Assembly: GCA_951406725.2 (NCBI GenBank)
Contig: OX597833.1
Span: forward strand, 59,396,001-59,460,000
Direction of reading: 5' to 3'
From: Octopus vulgaris
Lineage: Eukaryota
DNA length: 64,000 nt
The notes beneath the pieces are model-generated. The model saw only the letters and a list, made by a program, of their open reading frames with translations, was not told the origin of the DNA and did not search any database. A program made the translations under genes and the position numbers. This document shows positions 40,075 to 50,801 of the stretch, piece by piece (position 1 is the first letter of the stretch; every line of letters starts with the position of its first letter).

Positions 40075-41286
40075 TTGGGTCATCCCATAAATAATGTGGT
40101 TTTTTATACTTTTTTTTATTTTTCAAAATTAAGATAAACAAAGTTCTTTTTTAATCTAAAATATACTCTCTTTCATTTTCTACAATACCCTTCCCTCTAT
40201 CTGGTAGACTTGCAAGGCTCCTCTACCAACATTCACTTGTCTGTGACAAAAATTACTCCTCCAGTTCTGACCTCGTCTACAACATTCATATTTTTCCCAT
40301 CCAAATGATTTTGAAGACTGCAGAATAAATGATGATCAGATGGTGAATATGGTGGGTGGGGTATCGTTTTCCACTCAAACTGCTCCAGCCTTTGGAGTGT
40401 CATCCTCGCTGTATGTGGCTGAGCATTATCCTGACGGAAAGAACACCTTTCATCTTGAAACCAAAGATGATCACTTTTCTTCTAGTGCTGACTTAAGCTG
40501 CTCAAGCTGCCCACAGTAGATCTCCTTTGTTATCATTTGGTTTGGGTTTAAAAGTTCAAAGTGGACTAAACTTTTCATATCCCACCAAACAGATAACAAC
40601 ACCTTACATAGGTGAAGACCTTCAGTGCTTGACATTTTTATAGAGAACCCATTTCTTGTCACCAGTCACTTTTCAGTTCAAAAAGGTTCATTCATTAGAT
40701 GTGACAGCAAAGAAGAGCACATATTCACTCTCTGCATATTAGACTCAGAAAGTTTGTGAGGAACCCAATGACCCAATTTGCTGACTTTTCCAATGGCACA
40801 CAGGTGTCAATGAATGGTTGAATGACCAAATCCAAGCTTCTCTGCTAGTTCCTCAACTGTTACGATGGGATTTTGTTCCACCAGGGTTTGCAGGATATCT
40901 TCATTGAGCTCTACAGATCTTCAAGAATGAAGCTTGTCTTCTAGGCTGTAGCTTCCAGCTCAGAATTTCTGACTTACGCTTATTGTCTGATCCCCATATA
41001 TTGCATTAATATTCCTTGCATTTCCCCTTGCATTGTTGCTTTTATTGAACTCATGAAGCAAAATATGCTGAATATGCTCCTTTATCGCTTCCATTATAAC
41101 TTTGAAAAAAATAACTGTTAAAATCGAACTGCACTCTTCAAAACTTGTACTAAGAATAAGGACAAGGTAAAATTACTACCTGCTTTTATAGCAAGTTGAT
41201 GCAGGTAATCAGGTAGTTTATCCCATCACCCTCCAACTTTTAGCTTGTTCAATTGAAAAAAATGCATTATTTATGGGATGACCCAA
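40075..41286 (-). mobile_element. Full-length, inactivated mariner (Tc1/mariner) transposon
   Basis: TIRs ttgggtcatcccataaataatg / cattatttatgggatgacccaa and TA TSDs at 40073-74 and 41287-88. Broken transposase from ATG 41094 with WVPHKL, KVLLSVWWD and PHPPYSP--SDHHLF motifs. Confidence 0.93.
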
Positions 41287-43064
41287 TACATAAATACATG
41301 TGTAGATAGATAGGCAGATGTGTCTATATATATGGTAATTAAGAGCTCAATTGATATACATCATGTTATAACAAAACAATTTAACTTCAAACTGAAAAAT
41401 TACTCAATACTTTTTTGCAGAGTACATGTTTTTTAAACTTATACAAGAGATGTGACAATGACTTTGAGGTTTTAGTCTGCTAATAAGCATGTGTGTGTGT
41501 GTGTGCACACGCGCACATGTGTACGTGTGCTTGTGTGTGTGTAGTTAGAAGAGATGACTACGATTGTGTAGGCTTGTTTCCTAGGTTACTAAGACTGATG
41601 TAGTTGATATTTTCTGCTTGAGCTTCTGTTTATAAAAATCAGATCAGGTATTCCATAGGAGTTCAGTTTTGGGAAAGAAGTATTTTGTGCTAAGTTGGAA
41701 GGTGAGATACAAATACAGATACATTCTTAGAAATATAATGGAAGCAACATCAATTTGGAGTACACTGATCAGATAAAAGTCACCCAGTGCATGGACATTC
41801 AATATAACAATATAACTTATTTTTTTAACCGATGGAAACTCTATAAAACAGAAAATAGATATATAGTTGCAGTCACAGGCTTTGTTCTAAACATCAGGTT
41901 CATCTTCTCACAACATGCAAACTTCTTTAAATTCCTGAATTTTATTGTACAATTTTTGCCTACAGCAACCACTGCCAGTTCCCTCGGATTCTGCTTTTTC
42001 AATTACATTTTTTTTTTACAGAATCATTTACCATTGAACCTGGAAATGAGTTTGGGTTAGTTTGGAGAAGTGAGCTAAATATTAAAAACAACTGGAGGAA
42101 AATAGCTGTTTGAAAAACTTGATAAATTTTTTGTTTAATTTGTCCATGAATGTTGTTCTAAATACAATCGGGAATGTTAGAATTTTGGAAGATGGCTTAC
42201 CATTGTATCTAGCAAATGAATTTACAGCAGCTGCGAGATATTTTGAATCTTTAATCAAAATTTATAGCTCCCTTCTGTGAATGAGCAGATGAAAGAGGTT
42301 GCTGGTTGTGTATCCCTGTTCTTCACATACACAAAAAAAATACCACATAAAAATATATTCATGGTTAGTTATATGGATTTTTATTTGATGTGCATACACA
42401 TTAGCAATATAAAAATCTGCTCATAACATTATAATGTTAAATAGAGAAATCAAATGAAGGTAGTGATTTAATCTACTGCAGATTTTTTTATGAAATATTT
42501 AAACTGTTCTACAAAAGTAGATGCTGCTGATATTTTCTTGTTTCTATATTGTTCTATGAAATCATTGAAGTAATGTACAGTTCTTTGACCATAATTTGTG
42601 TGAAGAAAAATTGTTAATTATTGTTGCCAATAACAAAATTTATGAGCTTTTTTTCTCCTTTCTTTCTTTTTCTTTTGCTAAACTATATTGTATAATTTTC
42701 TGTGCTGTGTGAGTTCCTTTCCTGGAAACTCCCCATGTGATGTGCTATTGGCTCAAATGCTTTTCTCATTTCCTCGTAGATTTAATAAGTGGAATATAAA
42801 GTTGTACCACTTTCCATTAATTACACATTTTTCTTTCCTTCTTAACTAATTACAATGCTAGAGTAGACATATCGATGCTATTGTACTAGGTGAGTTTGAG
42901 TTCTCTGTCTCAATGAAACAGTTATTGTTATTTCTTTTGAAAGTTTACAAATTTTCTTTTTGCAATTTTGTAAATTAAAATAATCTCATGTGTCTTGTTC
43001 AAAAATGGTTAACAGTTATGTGATCTGTATTGATTTCTTTATTTGTTACTCCTTAAACAAGCAG

Positions 43065-45569
43065 CGGACCTAGATGTATTGCAGCGCAATGTCAACCATG
43101 CAAGCTCAATTCGAGAGGGCCAGTATGGTGATGTATCATTGTCTACAACAAAGGGCAAAAATGGGAAACAGGCAAACAGCAAATGTTTCAAACAGTCCAA
43201 AACTGGCAAACTGTATTATTCTCTACCAGATGTCGTGGCTATTACAAAGAAACATCAATCAGATATTGGAACCTCCCCGTCTATGCCCAACATAAGAAAC
43301 CTTGGAAAAGATAGATCCAGTTCTCTCCGAAGAAAGAGTTCCCAAGCCAGTACACAGTCACATGAAAAAAGATTAACAGGCTCATCAAAAAGTCTCGCAA
43401 CTTTCTCGATCAAGCGTCAAGTTGATGGGACTCTACAGCTGGAAAATGTCAGTAACAAGATTTCAGAACAATGTAAGGGTGAAAAGTCATTTTATTCAGT
43501 CCCAAATGTTGAAAAACTCGCAAGCGAGGTACAACAAGTGGGTGGGAAAGTAACGACTTCACTCGTTGACATTAGAAACAGTAAATTCTCGCTGTTGACT
43601 GATTTTCCCCGGTTTGATTCCAATCTGAATACAGATAAAACTGATCAAACACAAAGCAGTAAATGTGTGACCTTTTCTAAGTTTTCGACTGAGCAGGACA
43701 TCAAAAGTTCGTGGGCATCTCTTTCATCGGGGACAAAAGTACTCCCTAAAGCAACCTCTGTGGAACTGAAGCATGGTGTGCTGCCCAACTCACAAGTCTA
43801 CGTTCAGTGTACAAAAGATAAAAAATCCGTGCCAGAGAAGTGTGAAAAACTCTCCAATTCACTTCTTGACCAGATTACCGATTACTGGAAACCACCTGCT
43901 ATATTCAAACAGTTGTTCAACCCACCTATCTTTATAGAAAGTTCCACAGATCCTATACCCTTACAAGAAAACTGCAGGATTCCAAACCTACCTGAGATTG
44001 TTGAAAGTCTAAAGAAACCTCAACGCAAAAAATCTAAGAAATTAGGAAGCTCCTATGCCATTGTAGACCAAGCATTGAAGGACATGAAGTACAGGAATTT
44101 GTTGAACACTTATACTGATGAAGATCTTGCAGTCCTTCCTTCCCTTTCGAATCAGTCCGTACAAGGAGAAAGAACCTTACTTTCGTCTGTTGATGATGTT
44201 AATCTCAGCAACATGGAAAATATTTATGAAGAAACAACTATAACAAACACATATGGCACGCCCGTTGACCTTCTAGCAACCCAGCAAGAAAAATTCACAT
44301 TTCAACAGCCCTTTGGAAAGCCATCACAGCTGATAGTCGTTGAATGTCCCAAAAATGATTCTGTTTCTAATGTTGATTCCGGTCTCATTGTAGATCCATC
44401 TAGGTTCAACCAAGAAAAATCAAAATCTACCGATTTTCATATCAAATTTGATAGAGCTGAGAAAACACCCTCAGTATTTCGATCCCTTCCAACATCTTCT
44501 TTAAACAATAATTACAATGTACATGTAGACAACAGCCCAGATCCAGACCAACAACGGCGAATTTCTTTACCCCACTGCAACATCCGAGATGTGTCTGGGA
44601 CAAATGTGGATACTGACAGCAAAATTTTGCAGCAGCAACAATTATTACAGCAACATCTCCAAAGATATTTGGAGCCATCAAGCTCAGGCAGTATTGTTGA
44701 AGTAGCAAGTGATGAAGATCTCAAATCTAATGACAAATCACCTAATTTCCCTTATATTGATGTTGAAGCTACTGTTAGACAATCTTATGAAAATCAGAAT
44801 CAACCCCATCAACAGCCAAGGTTTTCGACAAGGTCTACATATTATGAGAGCTATGAAGAAGTGAAATACCTCACGTCACGGAAACTATCGTGCTTACCCC
44901 CCGTTTCAGAAGTTGAAAGTGATGAAATATCTACAGTGTCCGAAATAAGCAATTCTTCTACACAACAAACTACATCTGCCATCGATATGGTAAAACCCAC
45001 TTTGAAAATCTTTACCTCTGCTGAACCTCTGCCTACTACAAAAACGTCCAGAGAAGGATTGACAAAAAACATGTCCAGAAAGAAAATACATCAATCAACC
45101 AGAAGTATGTCAACTTTTTTGGCCGAAACAGCACCCAATAAATGCCCTCCAGCCTATTATGTCCGTAGTACTGGCAATCTGCAAAACAAGGCCACCTTTG
45201 CAGACGTTGTACTTGCTAGTACGAAAATGCTTCGTCATCAGAAACCAGGATTATCCTCAAGCTGTATTGATATGGGGATGGTTGTTAGTAATCGAATATA
45301 TGATCAGCAGAGAGAGTTTGGTGCACCTAAAACAGCCATTTCTTTATCAGATATGAAATACATTGGAAGCAGGACAAGTCAATCAAGCCCAAGTAATAGA
45401 TCAAATTCAATGGCTGATGTGGGTTCGGTGTGCAACAAGTTATCAAAAAGCGAAGGCAGAAGATATTCATATTCGATGTCAGATGTAAAGAATCTGAAGA
45501 ATTCAATGTCTGGAGGCAACAAGGGGTCAACCAAGTCGCTAAGTAGGATTGGCTCTGCCATCATGAAAG
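43065..45569 (+). CDS. Giant internal coding exon (~835 aa, Ser/Thr/Lys/Gln-rich, probably disordered), probably part of the channel II-III loop
   Basis: Stop-free 848-codon frame with non-repetitive composition in AT-rich DNA. AAG|gtaagc donor at 45569/45570 (phase 1). In-frame phase-1 acceptors give exon starts at 43062 (aag), 43065 (cag) or 43074 (tag), after a T-rich tract. Phase matches the phase-1 donor at 26247. Assignment to the channel is an inference. Confidence 0.75.
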
Positions 45570-47561
45570 GTAAGCCTTTTTTTGTATAATTTTAATCTTT
45601 TATTGAAAAAGTTGAAAGTTAATGATTCATTGTTAAAAATACAAACCCTTTTAGACCTCTCTATCTTTGATCTTTCTACTGTTATCTTAATGTTAAAAGC
45701 ACTTGACTACTTCACTGAATTAAGATTATAATAAAACTTTACTCCGTTTCCAATGTTCAATAAATTCTATTGATTATACACAGAACACTTGCTTTATTGT
45801 AAGTATTACAGCAATAGGAGGTGATATGTTGTATGTTGGCAAAATATTATTGGAATATTATTACTTTTTAATTATTTACATGTGCTTAAAATTACCTCCA
45901 TTCTCTTATTTAGTCTTCTCCCTCTCTTCTCTTTCTCTCTCTCTCTCTTTTACTCTGTTTATCTCTCTCTCTCTCTTTCACTCTTTCTCTCCCTCTTGTC
46001 CATCTTTAAGAAGGTAAAAGGAGTTTATAATTTCTACATAGTTTTTTTTTTTTTGCTTTTTCAGTTGGATTTGCATGTCAGCCTGAGAGATCTTTAAAAA
46101 TATGTATACCTATCTATCTATATCTATAATAAAAATACTCAGCTATGCATAAGTTACAAAGAACAAACAGTGGTTATGAGGGGTTGAGATAAATGATAAG
46201 GATGGTGATGATGATGATGACAATAGTAATAATAATAATAATAATAATAATAGTTTCTTGACACTAGGTCATAAATTTGTGGGTTGGGGGCTAGTTGATT
46301 AAATTGACCTTGGTACTTGATTTGTACTTTATCAACCCTGGAAGTATGAAAGGCAAAGTTAGCCTTGGTGGGATTTGAACTCAATAATGTAAAGAGCCAG
46401 AACAAATATCCCAAAATATTTTGCGTGACACACTAAAAATTCTGCCAATCCACCACCCTTAATAATATCTGCTAAGGCCGCAGAAATATTTTGATGAACA
46501 TACCTGGACACAATTTTTGTTTGCTTTTTTTTTAAATATTGATAGTGTAACTTGCAAATTGTGCTTTAGAACTATATTTATGTATGTATTTAATTCCATG
46601 TTAGACTCTTATTTCTCAATGCCATCATATATCAAAGTCTTCTACAGCTTGTAGATGAGAAACTGTTATGTTGCTATTTAAACTTTTTGTTTCAATCATC
46701 CGCATAGTTTTCCTAATATTCCTAGCTTGATGTTAGACAATAGCACAGATACAAAGCTACATAATAAAACCTAATCATTCCTCATGCTTTCACTTTGTAT
46801 TTTATGCAATGAAGGCATTGCTTCTCTTTGGAACTTGCTTCCTCTTTTAGAACTTACTTCCTCTTATCTTTTTGTACTACTTATATTTAACTAGAATTTT
46901 TGCCTCATAAAACCTAAAAGCATTTTTAGGTTATAGATCTGACTCTATCTTTTCTTTCATTGATAAATTATGTTGTTTTCTTTTAAAATCTCACTGTACA
47001 TTTTTAAAGTAATACTCCCAAACAACAATAAAAATAATTATTATAATTACATCAATCAATTCCATCTTTTGAATAGGAACGGGATTTTCAGTTCAGTCTT
47101 TATAAGTGTCGGTTAAGAGATCACTATTGTTCGCCATTCAATTTTTGCAATTTTTTCTGAGACATCTTATTTAATGGATTTTCAATTAATATTTTTTAAG
47201 TAAACTAAAATATAATTTTGCTTGACTCAAAATATCTAACCATTACAAGCTATTTATGCAGTTATAGGAATAGATTATACTTTAGCTTTTTCAAAATATC
47301 CCATTCTTAATTGTTACATTGTTAGGAATATATCATATTCCTACTACTGTAGAAAGTCCGATTTCATTTTAGTAATCTAGTTTATCAACCTACAAGATTT
47401 TACTGACTGGTATTTACTTGAGATAATAGACAAACCTTTTTCATATAATATAATCTATCTTTAGTGTTTGGCCAATACAAGGTAATCAGTGCTTGATGGT
47501 CTTCAATTATTCTCAAACAGTACACTTGAGAGTAAACACCTTGTCTCACCAAACTCTTCAC

Positions 47562-47623
<62 letters not shown>

Positions 47624-47953
47624 TGCACTTGGACATCAACCATATCAATGTCACTAATCTGGGAGGGCCTACAAAAATCATAGGTGTTTCTCCTCTATCT
47701 GTACTGATTAGTATTATTAATTTTTAAAAAATGAAAGAATGTCCACAAAATATATTCTTTTCAGCTACAGGCCACCATTTTGACTTATTTTGCTTAGTGT
47801 TATATTATAGTAAATTGGTCTCATTTATTCAAATTTTTTTTTTTTTAAGTTAAGGAAATAATTTAGTCTGTTCTTTATTTTCACATTTTTATGTAACCTC
47901 TTGCTTCCTCTATTCTCTAAGGAGTTTTTTTTTTCTTTCATTCAACCTTGTTC

Positions 47954-48076
47954 TCTTTTACTCTCTTTTACTCTTTTACTTGTTTCAGTCATTTGACTGC
48001 GGCCATGCTGGAGCACCGCCTTTAATCGAGCAATTCGATCCCGGGACTTATTCTTTTGTAAGCCCAGTACTTATTC
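47954..48076 (-). mobile_element. 5'-truncated family A SINE between ~240-bp direct repeats
   Basis: Only the 3' 123 bp of the SINE are present; flanks 47715-47953 and 48077-48324 are near-identical. Confidence 0.88.
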
Positions 48077-49987
48077 TATTAATTTTTAAAAAATGAAAGA
48101 ATTTCCACAAAATATATTCTTTTCAGCTACAGGCCACCTACATACCATTTTGACTTATTTTGCTTAGTGTTATATTATAGTAAATTGGTCTCATTTATTC
48201 AACTTTTTTTTTTAAGTTAAGGAAATAATTTAGTCTGTTCTTTATTTTCACATTTTTATGTAACCTCTTGCTTCCTCTATTCTCTAAGGAGTTTTTTTTT
48301 TTTTTCTTTCATTCAAACTTGTTCAGTAGTTTTTCTTTGCAAATTAACACATTCTTTATCATATTAACTAAGAAAGTCAGAATTTGTAGGAGTGAAAACT
48401 TTTACTAGCAAAAATAAGCAGATAATTTCAAATTTGTAGCATTATTTCATTTGTTTGCACATTTGTCATACTTTAATCAATAAATTAATGAAACCATCGT
48501 TTCATTAAGTCAAAATTTGCAAACACTTTCAACTTGAACATGATATGATATTTCAAAGAAAAGAAAAGCAAGTAAAACAAACCTTAATCATCAACATTGT
48601 TGTCTTTGTAGATGATGAAGGAAATAATGAGAATAAGGGTCACTTCATCAAATTTGTATAACAAAATATTCAAAAGTCATTTCTAGTATTTTCATTCGTA
48701 CTCATGAAACAATATAAGAAATAATATCACTGTGTCGTAGAAGGTAATAACAATGCAGATATAATTTTAATTATCAGTATTAACTACTACAAAGATATTG
48801 AAATGTTACTTTCAAAATATTTGATTAGTCTTGATATTTCAAGAGACACATATAAATTGTATGTCCATTCACAAGGATTTCACATGCCAACAGAATGGAC
48901 ATGGACATACAGTTTATATATCTTACTTTTCCTTTAAAGTCTTTGTAAAGGAGTTTTAACATAAAATATCAAGATTAATTAGATATTTCTAAAGTAACAT
49001 TTCAATATCTTAGCTATTGCTATTATCAATATTTAATATCATATCTACATTGTTATCACCCTCTATAACTCGTTAATTTTCTGCATATTCTGCAATGCTT
49101 CAAGCCAACTACAACATTCTTCTAAAAAAAGATATTAGTAATCATTGAACAAGTGTAGAACCTTTTATATTTTCTGTGTAATTGTGTTATGTAGGTTTTA
49201 GCTAATTTGTGTGGTGGTGACTATTTAGCGGTAGAGAACTCTTTTTTATATATATATATATTTAGGTTTCCTTTAGCAAAACAAAAAGATTTAACATAGT
49301 TGTGTTGTCCCATGTGTATAGAAAAACAATCTTCTAAATAGATTTCATAGAAATTTCTTTCTATTTCTATACATGGTTTCAACATTTTACATGGTTTGCA
49401 ATGTTTTCTATTAATATTATGAAAACTAATTTGACTATTTCTATTTTTATGACTGTTTTAAAGTACAGTATGCTGCTAATATCCTGAAGTTGGGTGACTT
49501 TGAACGAAGATTGTGAAATGTTTATTATGAACCCTACAAGTTGAAATGAATTGATAAATTCTTTAAAATGATTGGAGATAAGACAGAAATGGAAATAGTC
49601 AGAAAGTTTCATAATACCAAAACTGTATTGTTAGTAAAGTTGAGTAGCTTAGAGTAGAAGTCATGTCTATAATAGACGGTTGCTAGTAGAAATTAGTTAC
49701 TGAGACCTTTTGTAACAATCATACTATTGTGAAATATTTCAGTATAATTTGTTTTTGTCTTTACATCCAATACTGGAAGCCAATTACGATGGTGGCATAT
49801 TCATATAGACATATGACACAAGGGTGAGTTGAAAGCTTTTAATTTCCAAATGGGAAAATATGACACCAATATCAGAACTTCTATTCCAGTTAACACCTTT
49901 CATAAAACAGTTTTACCATTCCATGAATTATAACAATGCAACAATGTTTTTGTGTGTTTTTCTTCTTGCAACCAAACATCTGTATTT

Positions 49988-50100
<113 letters not shown>

Positions 50101-50627
50101 ATTATCATAGTTAAGTAATAGGCTGTATTAGCACCTGTGCAAGTAAGTCTGATCTTCACATGAAGTATCTAACAATAAATGCTATATAGTTTGACAAAAT
50201 CATTCAATCAATACCAAACCAAATTATATGTGATGTGAATTTAAAACTCTTCACCTAGGAATGGCAATATTTTTTTCTCACTTGTTAGTTTGTCAGTAAT
50301 TAGTGAACTCGTTAATACATTTAAATTCTCAACCACAAAGCCTCTATGTAATTATCAATTTAACAGACCGCTTGCATTCTCAGAGCAATGCGATTCCTGA
50401 TTGTTGGGTAAATATGGCACCGAAGTGCAATAAATGTATTTCAGTTCTACACAGTCATCTGTTGTTGTTGCTGCTGTTGTAATGGTGGCAGTGACGGTGG
50501 TTGTTCAGGTTCACTGGTTCAACCAGTAAAACAACTGACTGCTAATTAGCAGCTTGACAGTTTGTTTTCTTCATTATTACATCACATAATCTGAAATACT
50601 ATTAGAAATTCATACATAACACACACG

Positions 50628-50664
<37 letters not shown>

Positions 50665-50755
50665 ACACACACTCATGCACTCAACACTTATTCATATATG
50701 ACAATTCACAATATTCTTACATATACTAAAATTCATTTTCACACATGTACACACA

Positions 50756-50801
<46 letters not shown>

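Noticed and set aside
40471-40662. Functional transposase gene
   Set aside because: Fragment of a mariner ORF with frameshifts, stops and a damaged YSPDLAPSD motif.
44442-45564. Antisense and alternative-frame ORFs overlapping the giant exon
   Set aside because: Short shadow ORFs expected opposite a long coding region.
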